A DNA stretch of 61,968 bases, filler included, from Candidatus Desantisbacteria bacterium CG1_02_49_89 (GCA_001871075.1; 6 parts of 6 records of this genome joined end to end with filler, not necessarily neighbours in it), one strand, 5' to 3'; positions 48,701 to 59,180 are shown, counted from the whole stretch's first letter. Notes: generated by a model from the sequence alone, not told the origin. Numbers and translations: made by a program.

Positions 48701-51098
48701 ACGAGAACGGCAACAAGGACGCTTCTTTCAGCAATATAACCGCGAACCTTGGAACCACATCATCGGGTTACGCCTTCTCGGAAAGCATCGTTCCTTGGAT
48801 CGGCGTCAGCACGGTTAAATTCACAATGGGCCAGGCGACCTTCTATTACAAGGATGAGGAGACCGGGACCCCGGTCATAAGTATCTCAAGGACCGATACC
48901 GGCATAATCTCCGGGACGCAGACAGAGACTATAATCTTCGGCGCGATAAAGCTTAAGATAACTACAGCCCCGGTCACGGAAAGGGCGGGGTGGCACATCG
49001 GCATGACCGTCCAGGCGCAGTCCAATAAGGGCGCGCTTGACGCAAGCATAACAGGACCCGTAAACCTTTACTCAACCTCCCTGAACAATGAATTCTCAGC
49101 CAACACAGATCCCTGGTCGCCGATAGGTTCAATAGACCTTTCCTCGGGAGAAGCAAACTTCTTCTATAAAGACCACGATATAGGTTCCCCCATAATAACT
49201 GTAGCTAAAGCAGGACTGCTGCCTGACACTCAGACCGAAACGATAATACCGGGCGCGATCTCCTTCAACATTTACACGCCGGCAAGAGAATTCAGGGCTG
49301 GATTAGTGTCCGACTACATATCTGTTGAGGCGCTGACAGACGCAAGCCAGGTTGACACAACATTCAACGGGACAGCGGCTCTTGCCACCTCTTCAAACAG
49401 CGGCACTTTCTCGGCAAGCAGCACCCAGTGGTCGGCAGTGAATGAGATAACCTTCTCCCAGGGAATAGCGGTGTTTTATTACAAGGACCGGCTCATAGGG
49501 ACCCCGACAGTCACTGTAAGCAGGCACGGGTACAATCCAAGCAGTCAGGTCCAGAACGTGATATACGGCGCCATAAAACTAAAGATAACCACGCCTTCGC
49601 GGACCGAAAGGATGGGTTATCCAACGGATTATATACAGGTCGCGGTACTCACGGATGATAACGACACGGACGTCAGCGTGTCCGGGCCTGTTGACCTGGC
49701 AAGCACTTCGGGAAACAGCGCCTCGTTCTCTCTGGACCGCGGCAACTGGTCTGACGTAACCCAGATCAGCCTGGCTTCCGGCATCGCGGCGTTCTACTAC
49801 AAGGACACCAGGTTCGGCAATCCGGTGATAACGGTATCGAAATCCGGCTATTCTACGGACACACAATCGCAGAGCATCATTTTCGGGGCGATAAAATTCG
49901 CGGTCACGAGCCAGGGGAAGACGGTCAGAGCCGGTCTTTCCACGTCATTGATAACCGCTGAAGCGCAGATAAACACAGGCGGCAGGGACACGATGTTCAA
50001 CTCAACCGCCATCCTTCTCAGTTCCTCCTCAAATTATTCCTTCTCAGTCAGCTCCACGCAGTGGCAGAACACCTCCGTGATCACCTTTAAATCAGGGCTC
50101 GCGTATTTTTATTACAGGGACGAAATAACCGGGTCGCCGCTCATATCGGTTTCCAGGGATGGTTACTATTCCGGCACCCAGGAAGAAACAATAACATACG
50201 GCGCGATAAAGCTTGTTTTCACGTCCGGGGAAAGGACAGCCAAGGCAGGCCTGCCTACCGACGTTATAACCGTGGAGGCGCAGACGAACATGGGCGCGCT
50301 GGACGGTTCGGTAGGGGGCAGCGTTGTTCTTTCGACAAGCTCAAATACCGGCTTTTTCTCCCTTAACCTGAGCCCGTGGTCAGACACGGCAACAGTAACG
50401 CTGTCAGCAGGCCAGGGATCGTTCTATTACAAGGACCACAGGACAGGCAGGCCCCTGATAACGGCCAGCAGGGCATACGCGGACCTTCTTTCAGCGACCC
50501 AGAACGAGACCATCATCTACGGCGCGATAAAAATGAAAATAATGACTCCTCAAAGGACTGTCCGCGCAGGGGACGCGTCTGACTCCGTGCTGGTCCAGGC
50601 GCTGACAGACACCAACGCTGTGGACACCGGCTACAACGGCGCGGTCACTTTCAACGGAGGAACGGATTTCGGACATCCTTTCTGGTTCTCCGCAGATGCC
50701 GCTGATACTGCCGTCTGGACCGCTCCGTATTACGGGAGCTTCAGTTCTGGCGAGACATTTGTTTTCTTCAAGGATAAGGACATTGAAACAGGGACGATAA
50801 TCGTTACGAGCACGGATTTTGCGCAGGACTCCCAGCTTATTGCGGTCACCGCATCACGCCTCCAGATAACAACTTTGGAATGGACTGTGAACTCCGGCTA
50901 CCCCACAGATATGATAACCGTGGAAGTGCAGGACGAGGACAGCAATCCCGATTCCACGTACGGCGGGACCGTCACGCTGTCATCCTCGTCCGGCTCGGGA
51001 TATTTCTCCGTTGACAGGCTCTCCTGGAAGAACACCACCGTCCTGACGCTTTCCGGCGGCAGCGCTTCGTTCTATTACAAGGACAACCAGACTGGTGT
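45766..51098 (+). CDS. Giant secreted repetitive surface protein (invasin-like Ig, CBM-like and about 12 FYYKD repeats), cut by gap
   Basis: Signal peptide; TDGNGQCTF and SDANGWCTG Big_1-like; NLVKNPSFE...FFDDIKL and NLVYNPSLE...WFDDIVL CBM4/9-like; about 105-aa Ser/Thr-rich repeats. Confidence 0.88.
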
Positions 51099-51198
51099 NN
51101 NNNNNNNNNNNNNNNNNNNNNNNNNNNNNNNNNNNNNNNNNNTTAATTAATTAANNNNNNNNNNNNNNNNNNNNNNNNNNNNNNNNNNNNNNNNNNNN

Positions 51199-52194
51199 CT
51201 GCTGGGCCACGGGGCCGGCGGAAAATTGATGCATAATCTGATAAAAGAGATGTTCGTAAAGGCGTTCGGGAATCCCGCCCTGAACAGGCTTGATGACGGC
51301 GCCGTTATCAGAATGTCTTCAGGGGAAAGGATCGCCTGCTCAACGGATTCATACGTGGTGGACCCGGTTTTTTTCAGGGGCGGGGACATAGGCAGGCTGT
51401 CTGTGTGCGGGACGGTGAACGACCTTTCGATGTGCGGGGCAAGACCGCTTTTCATCACGCTTGCCCTGATAATAGAGGAGGGGTTCCCGGTTTCTGACCT
51501 TGAAAGGATATCGCTGTCAGCGGCAAAGACCGCGGCTGAAGCAGGTGTTAAGGTAGTGACAGGGGACCTCAAAGTTGTGCCCAAAGGGAAGGTAGACAAG
51601 ATCTTCACCAACACAAGCGGCATCGGGACAGTAAAAAAAGGAGTGGATGTTTCCGGCTCAAACGCAGGGCCGGGAGATTCGGTCATATTAAGCGGGTTCA
51701 TGGGTGACCACGAGATAGCGGTGCTGAGCGGCAGGGCGGGTTTTGATCTCAGCGTGAAAATAAAAAGCGACTGCCAGCCTTTGAACAAGATCGTCCAGAA
51801 GATCCTCTGCCTGCCGGAAGCAGTGCGCTGCCTCAGGGACCCGACGCGCGGGGGCCTGGCAACAACCCTGAACGAGATATGCGTTTCGTCAAATGCCGGG
51901 ATGGAGATCGACGAGGCATTAGTGCCTGTCAGGAGCGCGGTCCGTTCGGCATGCGGCATGCTGGGGTTCGACCCGTTTTACCTGGCAAACGAAGGCAAGT
52001 TCGCGGCAATCGTGAAAGAAAAATACGCGGGAAGGATCCTGAGGATCATAAGGGCTGAAAAAGAAGGCAGGGATGCGGCTGTCATAGGCAGAGTGGTGAA
52101 CACGCACAGGGGAGAGGTTATTCTCAGGACGCGTTCAGGCGGAAGAAGGATCCTGGGAATGCTTGCGGGCGAGCAGCTGCCAAGGATATGCTAA
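51199..52194 (+). CDS. hypE: Hydrogenase maturation protein HypE (start lost in gap)
   Basis: LLGHGAGGKLM, STDSYVVDP, CGTVNDL, LRDPTRGG, ANEGK, terminal PRIC. Confidence 0.97.
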   Translation: MLGHGAGGKLMHNLIKEMFVKAFGNPALNRLDDGAVIRMSSGERIACSTDSYVVDPVFFRGGDIGRLSVCGTVNDLSMCGARPLFITLALIIEEGFPVSDLERISLSAAKTAAEAGVKVVTGDLKVVPKGKVDKIFTNTSGIGTVKKGVDVSGSNAGPGDSVILSGFMGDHEIAVLSGRAGFDLSVKIKSDCQPLNKIVQKILCLPEAVRCLRDPTRGGLATTLNEICVSSNAGMEIDEALVPVRSAVRSACGMLGFDPFYLANEGKFAAIVKEKYAGRILRIIRAEKEGRDAAVIGRVVNTHRGEVILRTRSGGRRILGMLAGEQLPRIC

Positions 52195-52357
52195 ATACAA
52201 TCGTTAACCACGAATTAACCCCTGCGGGTTTCTGCGAAACCATAACGCTGGGGCCTACGAACCAGAGCTGGGTCGATGGCTCTCCGGCACGGATTAACAC
52301 GGATTTTAGACTATATAAACTGTGTAAACTTTGTAAACTGTGTAAACTAATACTACT

Positions 52358-53974
52358 ATGGAAAATGGACTGAAACAAAAACTATTGAAACTCAAAGTGC
52401 TAAGCAACATGCACCGTTTCTTTGAAAGTAAGGGCGCCAGGCTTTTCCTTGTCGGCGGGTATATAAGGGATGCCCTGCTCGGAAGGGACACAAAAGACCT
52501 GGATTTTACCTTCAAGGGCGATGTCATAACCCTGGCAAGGCAGTACGCGAAAAAAATAAAAGGCGCGTTTGTCCTGTTAGACGAAAAGAACGCCACGGCA
52601 AGGGTTATATATAAGGAAACGGGGCTAAAGCCCCTAGTCCAGGGGAAGGGAACGGGGCTCCCTCCTAACAAAAATGGCAGCTTGCCCGCCAATCTTGCTG
52701 GGCGGGGGTCTTCGAAAAGCCCTCCGAAGAGTCCGCATCCCCGATGTAACATCGGGGCATCGGACCTAGTCCATAAAAAAGATAAGAATACAGAGTGGTG
52801 GTTTGATTTCACGGGAATGGCCGGCCGAGGCATAGCCGAGGACCTTTCACGCAGGGATTTTACTTTTAACGCAATGGCGGTAAACTTGCAGGAATTTTTT
52901 AAAACCGGAAAGATGGAAATAATAGATCCGTTTAACGGGATGAAGGATTTGCAAAAATGCATTGTAAGGATGGTTAATGAAAAATCTTTCAGGGATGACC
53001 CGCTGCGGCTCCTGCGCGCTTTCAGGTTCTCCGCTGCCTTAGATTTTTGCATAGACGGGAAAACCGCGCGGGCAATTGCGTCATATGCCCGCTTGATACG
53101 GAATGCAAGCGGTGAGAGGATAAGGGAAGAAATATTCGCGATCTTTAAAACCGGAGATTCCTGCCGATCCATTAAAGACATGGACAGGGCAGGCCTTCTG
53201 GGCTGGATATTCCCGGGAATTTCCAAAATAAAGAATGAAAAAGGTTTATGGAAACATTCGGTTAGAACGCTTTGGTGCCTGGAGCAGATCCTCGGGAATA
53301 AAATTGCCTCAGGTATACAGCCAGGGCAAAAGAAAGGATCTGTATCTCATTTCAATGAAACAGTATGCGATCCGAGAACAAGGATAGAGCTTTTAAAGTT
53401 CGCGTGTCTTTTCCATGACGCGGGCAAGCCGCGCACGAAGAAGATAAAAGGGGACAGGTTCAGTTTTTACGGGCACGAGCATACGGGCGCAAAGATCATG
53501 GAAAAGCTCTGCCTGCGCCTGCGCCTGAGCAACAGGGAAACCAGGATACTTGAAAATATCGTCCGTTTCCATATGCGGGCGCATTACCTCGCGAACCTTA
53601 AAGAAGTGAGCGAGCGCGCTGTTTCAAAGCTGATACGGGACTGCGGGGATGAGCTCATAGAACTGCTTTTTTTCACGCTTGCTGATTTCCTGGCAACCCC
53701 GCGCGAGCTTAAGAAGCTGGACGCGCGCAAATACAGGAAAACGATCAGGAGGATCTTTAAGCGTTATGATTCGGCGAAAAAAATAAGTAACCTTCCCAGG
53801 CTGGTGAACGGGTATGACCTGATGAAGGAATTCTCTCTCCAGCAGGGGCCGTTAGTAGGGAAGTTGTTGAACGAAGTGGAGCTGGCAAGGTCTGAAAATA
53901 AAATAAAGACCCGCCAGGAAGCTCTTGGGCTTGCAGAGTTATTGTTAAAGGGAAAATTATGCCGGATGAAATAA
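52358..53974 (+). CDS. cca: Class II CCA tRNA nucleotidyltransferase with HD domain and about 50-aa insertion
   Basis: VGGYIRDALLG..DLDF, EDLSRRDFTFNAMA, DDPLRLLRAFRF, ERIREE, LFHDAGKP. Confidence 0.85.
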   Translation: MENGLKQKLLKLKVLSNMHRFFESKGARLFLVGGYIRDALLGRDTKDLDFTFKGDVITLARQYAKKIKGAFVLLDEKNATARVIYKETGLKPLVQGKGTGLPPNKNGSLPANLAGRGSSKSPPKSPHPRCNIGASDLVHKKDKNTEWWFDFTGMAGRGIAEDLSRRDFTFNAMAVNLQEFFKTGKMEIIDPFNGMKDLQKCIVRMVNEKSFRDDPLRLLRAFRFSAALDFCIDGKTARAIASYARLIRNASGERIREEIFAIFKTGDSCRSIKDMDRAGLLGWIFPGISKIKNEKGLWKHSVRTLWCLEQILGNKIASGIQPGQKKGSVSHFNETVCDPRTRIELLKFACLFHDAGKPRTKKIKGDRFSFYGHEHTGAKIMEKLCLRLRLSNRETRILENIVRFHMRAHYLANLKEVSERAVSKLIRDCGDELIELLFFTLADFLATPRELKKLDARKYRKTIRRIFKRYDSAKKISNLPRLVNGYDLMKEFSLQQGPLVGKLLNEVELARSENKIKTRQEALGLAELLLKGKLCRMK

Positions 53975-55221
53975 TAATTCCGTCGAAAGACAGAGATGTC
54001 CTGCGCCGGCTGGCAGAGGAAACGGCGGAAATAGCCGCATTGCCGGCGCATAAGGAAAAAGCCGGGTTATGGACCAGGCTTAATGACCTGCGATCCGCGC
54101 GCCCGATGGTGCTGATCTCCCAGGTCTGCTGGAATGAAATGAACTTAGATAACGAACTTACTCTGCAGACCAGCCATCCGTGGGCAAGGGGCCAGGAATT
54201 CGGATTCCGCGCTTCTCTTTATAAATGGAGGCACATGCCTGATGATATGTTTTTCGGCGATTCTTTCTGGTCTCCCCTGGCTATACGCAGCACGGGCTTC
54301 GGCATAGACGAAGACGTGGACATAGTTAAAACAGATGAGACCAGCGATGTTGTATCGCGGCATTTCAATGTCCAGATACGCAATCCGGAAGATATAGAAA
54401 AGATCTTAATGCCCGTAGTAACCCATAATGAGAAAGCAACAGAAGCCGAGTACCAAACCATGAGCGAACTATATAAAGGTATTATGCCGGTAAAAAAGGT
54501 CGGGCGCACGCATATATGGTTCGCGCCCTGGGACAACCTGATCCGCTGGTACGGCATCAAGGAAGCCATGATGGATATGATCGATCGGCCGGAAATGGTG
54601 AACAGCGCTGTATCCCGAGTGGTTGACGGGTATATGGCAGAACTTGACCAGCTGGAAAAACTGAACCTTCTTTCACTGGAAACCACGGGAGTCGGGTCAG
54701 GGGGTTACGGGAACACAAGCGATCTGCCCGGAGCCGGCTGCGATCCGGGCTACGCGCGCCCGCATGACCTGTGGGGTTGTTCGAACGCGCAGATCTTTTC
54801 TGAAGTGTCCCCGGATATGCACTGGGAATTCGCGATAAGGCACGATATGCGCTGGCTGGAACGCTGGGGGTTGAATTATTACGGATGCTGCGAGCCGCTC
54901 GATAGGAAAATACACATCCTGCGCCGCATTCCCAATCTCCGCAAGATCTCTATATCGCCGTGGGCTGACATAGACCGGGCTGTTGAAAATATCGGCAGTG
55001 ATTTTGTGGTCAGCTATAAGCCTAATCCTGCGATCCTGGCCGAGGAAAGCTGGCACCCGGAAAGAGCCCGGGCAGCGCTGCGTAAAGTGCTGGAAAGAAC
55101 AGGCAAAAAATGCCACGTAGAAATTATCCTGAAAGATATTTCCACCGTGCGCTATAAACCGCAGAGACTGTGGGAATGGTCCCGCATAGCCATGGAAACA
55201 GCAGAAGAATTCAGCAGATAA
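53959..55221 (+). CDS. Uroporphyrinogen-decarboxylase/MtaA-fold-like hypothetical protein
   Basis: AQIFSEVSPDMHWEF, YYGCCEPLD, IPNLRKISISPWAD, SYKPNPAIL. Confidence 0.65.
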   Translation: MPDEIIIPSKDRDVLRRLAEETAEIAALPAHKEKAGLWTRLNDLRSARPMVLISQVCWNEMNLDNELTLQTSHPWARGQEFGFRASLYKWRHMPDDMFFGDSFWSPLAIRSTGFGIDEDVDIVKTDETSDVVSRHFNVQIRNPEDIEKILMPVVTHNEKATEAEYQTMSELYKGIMPVKKVGRTHIWFAPWDNLIRWYGIKEAMMDMIDRPEMVNSAVSRVVDGYMAELDQLEKLNLLSLETTGVGSGGYGNTSDLPGAGCDPGYARPHDLWGCSNAQIFSEVSPDMHWEFAIRHDMRWLERWGLNYYGCCEPLDRKIHILRRIPNLRKISISPWADIDRAVENIGSDFVVSYKPNPAILAEESWHPERARAALRKVLERTGKKCHVEIILKDISTVRYKPQRLWEWSRIAMETAEEFSR

Positions 55222-55356
55222 AAAAGTTTTTACGCTTTCTTTATAAAGTATAAACCCCGGAACAACCCGCAGGAAAAGCACCTCTGAGTTTTTTTTCAAA
55301 AAAAAAACCTAAAAATCATGGTTTAACAAAAAAATGGGGTCAAACCCACTTTTTTC

Positions 55357-55430
55357 TTGACAAATCCCATTTTTTGTATATAATGGTAGATTGAAGTGGT
55401 AGAAAGTGGTGTAAAAGGGAGGGAAGTGGA
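55357..55430 (+). promoter_or_regulatory. mraZ promoter with MraZ-binding repeats
   Basis: TTGACA-N16-TATAAT then GTGG-like units at 10-bp period (GTGGTAGAAA GTGGTGTAAA AGGGAGGGAA GTGGA). Confidence 0.8.
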
Positions 55431-55877
55431 GTGTTCTCCGGCGAATATTCTCATGCTATTGATAAGAAAGGCAGGCTGATAATACCCTCCAGGTTCAGGG
55501 AGATCCTGACTGAAAGGTATGAGGAAAAGTTCATAATGACCAAGGGACTTGATACCTGCCTTTTGCTTTATCCGGCTGACGAGTGGAATGAACTTGAGAA
55601 AAAAATGAAGGAAGTTTCCACTGTCACCAACCCAAGCGCGCGCGCTTTTAAAAGGTTTATGATCGCGGGCGCGATAGAATGCACTGTTGATAAGCAGGGC
55701 AGGATAATGATCCCTTCAAACCTGCGCGTGTACGCCCAGATAACAAGGGATGTTGTGATAACCGGAAATCTGGAAAAGGTGGAGATCTGGGCAAAAGAGA
55801 GATGGCAGGAATACTGGAAAGCCTCCAAGCCGATCGAGGAGCTTGCCAGGGAGATAGGGGAGGATGTAAAACTATAA
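55431..55877 (+). CDS. mraZ: Division/cell-wall cluster repressor MraZ
   Basis: MFSGEYSHAIDKKGRLIIPSRFR, DKQGRIMIP, VEIW. Confidence 0.97.
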   Translation: MFSGEYSHAIDKKGRLIIPSRFREILTERYEEKFIMTKGLDTCLLLYPADEWNELEKKMKEVSTVTNPSARAFKRFMIAGAIECTVDKQGRIMIPSNLRVYAQITRDVVITGNLEKVEIWAKERWQEYWKASKPIEELAREIGEDVKL

Positions 55878-56094
55878 ACGTGTCAACGTATCAACGTGTC
55901 AGAGTGTCAGAGTAGGTTCTAACTAAAAAGTCCCGCCTCATCGGCGGGTCGCCATGCCTCGCCGGCAGGTCGCCGAAGTGGTGACCGAAGTGGCGACAAA
56001 GCTCAAAGGTCAAAGGTTAAAGCTTAGAATAAAATTCCTTCATTGTAAATTGTAAATTGCAAATTTTAAATTGTAAAAAACGGAATACATACTA

Positions 56095-56383
56095 ACTCAA
56101 ATACATATCCGCCGCGAATTACTCTTCAAGGGTCCGCATTCACCTTTTCACGCTTGGGCGGATTCATCGATACCTTTACCGCGGACCCGTCCCGCTCTTT
56201 TCAGATACAGTGTCAACGTGTCAGCGTATCAACGTGTCAAAGTAACCGGCTAAACAGGCCAAACCGGCATAACTGATACTATACTCCGCCTTAGTTACGA
56301 CTTTCTGGGCCCGCTTGCCCCCTTAAGCAAAGACTGGCGGACTACACTTGCCCTTCTGCGGGCCCTTGCTCTACATAACTACA
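56095..56383. repeat. Two diverged copies (about 177-bp period) of a structured motif
   Basis: TCCGCC...GGGYCCGC-N43-GCGGRCCC with GGCGGA inside the loop, followed by GCTCT...TACAG, in both copies. Confidence 0.65.
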
Positions 56384-56456
56384 GATCATAGATGCTGCCG
56401 CCCATGGCTTTTGCCTGGGCGAGCCTCGCCCTGAGGTTTCAGGGCGGGGATCCTAG

Positions 56457-56684
56457 TGTGGTGTCACATAAATCCCTTGACATTTGATTCTGCTTTGAGT
56501 TGTCATTGCGAGCGACCAAAGGGAGCGTGGCAATCTCGATTTTTAGGTCGAGATTGCTTCGTCGTTAACACTCCTCGCAATGACAGCCCAAATGTAAAGA
56601 TCTGTTAGAGACACCACACTAGTGTGGTGTTACATAAATCCCTTGACATTTGATTCTGCTTTGAGTTGTCATTGCGAGCGACCA
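56457..56684. mobile_element. CTAG-flanked MITE-like element, copy 2 (56457-56618) and tandem copy 3 (from 56623, cut by gap)
   Basis: Same sequence as 26121-26278; the tandem copies share one CTAG. Confidence 0.88.
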
Positions 56685-56785
56685 NNNNNNNNNNNNNNNN
56701 NNNNNNNNNNNNNNNNNNNNNNNNNNNNTTAATTAATTAANNNNNNNNNNNNNNNNNNNNNNNNNNNNNNNNNNNNNNNNNNNNC

Positions 56786-57943
56786 AGGCGGGACGACGCG
56801 TCTTCAGACCTGGGCCCGTTCCACTACCAGATCAAGGAAATAAAGATGTCTTTCGCCCTGAGGGATCACCAGTCGATGCAGGCGGCGCTCTACAACAGGA
56901 TGCTTGGGAAACTTCAGGGCTACACCCCTTTTCAGATGTCCTTAGTCCTCAGGAAAAAAGAAGAGGTCGTGCATTACGAGGATTACTCGAAGCGCCTGGA
57001 TGAGCTGATCTCGTACTGGAGGGATATTAGGGACGGAAAGTCAAAGCCCGAACCTTACGGGCCGGACAAGGTGAACCCGCCGTGGCGCGTTTACGCGAAC
57101 AGGACCCTTGACGAAAACATGGACCTGACCCTGCTTCCCGATGTCGGCGGGGCAACAAGAGAAAAAATAAGGTCGGAACTGGGCGCGAACCGCATAGACG
57201 GCCTGTACAAGTTCTCCCTTGACGAGCTGAAGCAGAAATTCGAGGAGAAGCTGGGCACCTCGCTGTATTACCACGCGCAGGCATACAGGGCGGGAAAACC
57301 GATAACGCCTCCGGGAACAGAAGTCGGATTCCCACGCAAGGCCCGCCACCTCTACCTTGACTTTGAAACGTCCGGCGAGATCTTCAGTAATGACGCTGAC
57401 GCGGATGCTGACCTTGACCCCCAGGATAAAAAACACTGCTACCTGATAGGCCTGTGGGACGCAGAACAGGATAATTTCGTTTATTTCCTCGCGAAGGGCG
57501 CGGAAAAAGAAACGGATATTTTCCGCTCTTTCATTGATTACGTGGGGGACCCAAAAGACGTCTGTATTTTTCACTGGAGTGACTATGAGGTAAGGGTCAT
57601 GGATGAGGTCGCGCAGCGCTGCCCGGACCTTTCAAAGGGATTAGGCGCGATCAGGCAGTCCTGCATAGACCTGAAAGAAGTGATAAAACACCAGATCTAC
57701 ATGCCGGTTCCAAACTACTCGATCAAGCAGGTCGCCCCTTTCCTTGGGTTCAAGTGGAGGCAGGAGGAAGTGGACGCGCTTGAATCAATGGTGCTTTACT
57801 GGGACTACTTAAACGGCGATGAAGGGGCTATCCGGAAAACCATTGACTACAACGAGGACGACTGCCGCGCGATGTACTACACAGACTCAAGCCTGTGCCG
57901 GATGTTCGGCCTGCCGTTCCCCGGCAGATCAGCTGAAAGCTGA
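56786..57943 (+). CDS. TM0106-like RecB-family nuclease with RNase H-like domain (start lost in gap)
   Basis: Frame open from contig edge (RRDDASSDLGPFHYQIKEIK); LYLDFET, FHWSDYE, YSIKQVAPFLGFKWR, DYNEDDCRA. Confidence 0.85.
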   Translation, partial: RRDDASSDLGPFHYQIKEIKMSFALRDHQSMQAALYNRMLGKLQGYTPFQMSLVLRKKEEVVHYEDYSKRLDELISYWRDIRDGKSKPEPYGPDKVNPPWRVYANRTLDENMDLTLLPDVGGATREKIRSELGANRIDGLYKFSLDELKQKFEEKLGTSLYYHAQAYRAGKPITPPGTEVGFPRKARHLYLDFETSGEIFSNDADADADLDPQDKKHCYLIGLWDAEQDNFVYFLAKGAEKETDIFRSFIDYVGDPKDVCIFHWSDYEVRVMDEVAQRCPDLSKGLGAIRQSCIDLKEVIKHQIYMPVPNYSIKQVAPFLGFKWRQEEVDALESMVLYWDYLNGDEGAIRKTIDYNEDDCRAMYYTDSSLCRMFGLPFPGRSAES

Positions 57944-58156
57944 AAGCTCAAAGCTGAAAGTAAAAGAAAGGATCACCACTGAGGCACGGAGACACAGAGA
58001 AATATTCGACTTTTGCAAATGACTATTGACAAAACGACTGCCTTTGTAACCACGGATTAACACAGATTTACACGGATTTTAAACTATGTAAACTCTGTAA
58101 ACTATATAAACTTTGCAAACTACTGTGGACCGTCGACTGTGGACAGTGGACTGTTT

Positions 58157-59164
58157 TTATATTTGCGCAAAGGCGTCCTTGACCATCTGCCACACAAGCT
58201 TGTGATCGCCCCCGAAATCCAGAACGTGCGCCCCCGGCTCCGCTTTGTAAGACCAGACCGCTATCATATCAGCGCCCATTTTCGCTGCCTCAAGGATCGT
58301 CCTTTTTACCTCCGGTTCTTTCCCCGGCTTTATCCAGACTGCCTGCACCCAAAGCTGGCAGGGCTTTTTGTATTTCCCGCACAGTTCAACCGCCTCCCTT
58401 GTGTTATCCGTGAAATAGTTCCAGCCCCCTCCGTGTATCCAGTACGGGTCAGTCGCGAATACATCCATTTCAGGGATCTGTATGAACGGCTCCCAGTCCA
58501 GGATCCCGTACCATCCCCTGTTCGAATTTGTTCCCCTTGACCAGGGCATCATGCAAAGTATAGATGTCTTGCCGCCTGCTTCCTTGCCGAATTTAAGAAG
58601 CCTTGTCAGGAACTCAAGCAAAGAATCCTGCCTGAATTTCTGCACCTCATCCGTAAGCTCCTTCGGCATCGGTTTGCCGAAGGCGGATTTGAATTTCTCC
58701 TGGCAGTTTTTGCAGAAGCACGCCCATGCTTTCGGGTACGTATCGCAGGGAGAAAACGCGGGTTCGTCCCAGAAAATGCCGTCCGGCCTGAATTCCTCTA
58801 TCACCTGTTTGGCTATATCCTTAAACCATGTTTCGAAACCGGCGTCGTTCGGACAGGCTTTTTCCGTGCGCCTGCCATCCGTGAAAACCTGGGTCTTATC
58901 CGGGTTATACATTGGATAAACAGCGCTTGGTATGGGTGAGGCGAATATGCCGAACCCGTGGAAATCCAGGTACACCTTTATTCCCCTTTCGCGCGCCTCT
59001 TTCACGGCGGCCTTTCTCGCGGTGCGGTAATACCACCAGTCCATCTCGTTGACGGTCAGGGTTATGGATGTGCAGCCCGCGGCCTTTATCTCATCCATGT
59101 CTCCGGGGATATGGTCCGGGTCGATCACTCCCAGGTACGCCACGTTCTTATCGGTCACCATCAT
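58157..59164 (-). CDS. Glycoside-hydrolase-like TIM-barrel protein with Cys cluster
   Basis: ACPND, DGIFWDEP, CFCKNCQEKF, FATDPYW; family not assignable. Confidence 0.6.
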   Translation of the reverse strand: MMVTDKNVAYLGVIDPDHIPGDMDEIKAAGCTSITLTVNEMDWWYYRTARKAAVKEARERGIKVYLDFHGFGIFASPIPSAVYPMYNPDKTQVFTDGRRTEKACPNDAGFETWFKDIAKQVIEEFRPDGIFWDEPAFSPCDTYPKAWACFCKNCQEKFKSAFGKPMPKELTDEVQKFRQDSLLEFLTRLLKFGKEAGGKTSILCMMPWSRGTNSNRGWYGILDWEPFIQIPEMDVFATDPYWIHGGGWNYFTDNTREAVELCGKYKKPCQLWVQAVWIKPGKEPEVKRTILEAAKMGADMIAVWSYKAEPGAHVLDFGGDHKLVWQMVKDAFAQI

Positions 59165-59180
59165 TGCTCCTTTGAAAATA

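Noticed and set aside
56107-56188. HDV-like ribozyme
   Set aside because: Crossing-stem topology is similar and TTCACG occurs in copy A, but no P3 or P1.1 can form and copy B lacks the loop; kept as an unknown motif
56786-57943. Cas4 or defence-system nuclease
   Set aside because: Motifs fit the TM0106-like RecB/RNase H-like family; no cas or defence neighbours on this contig
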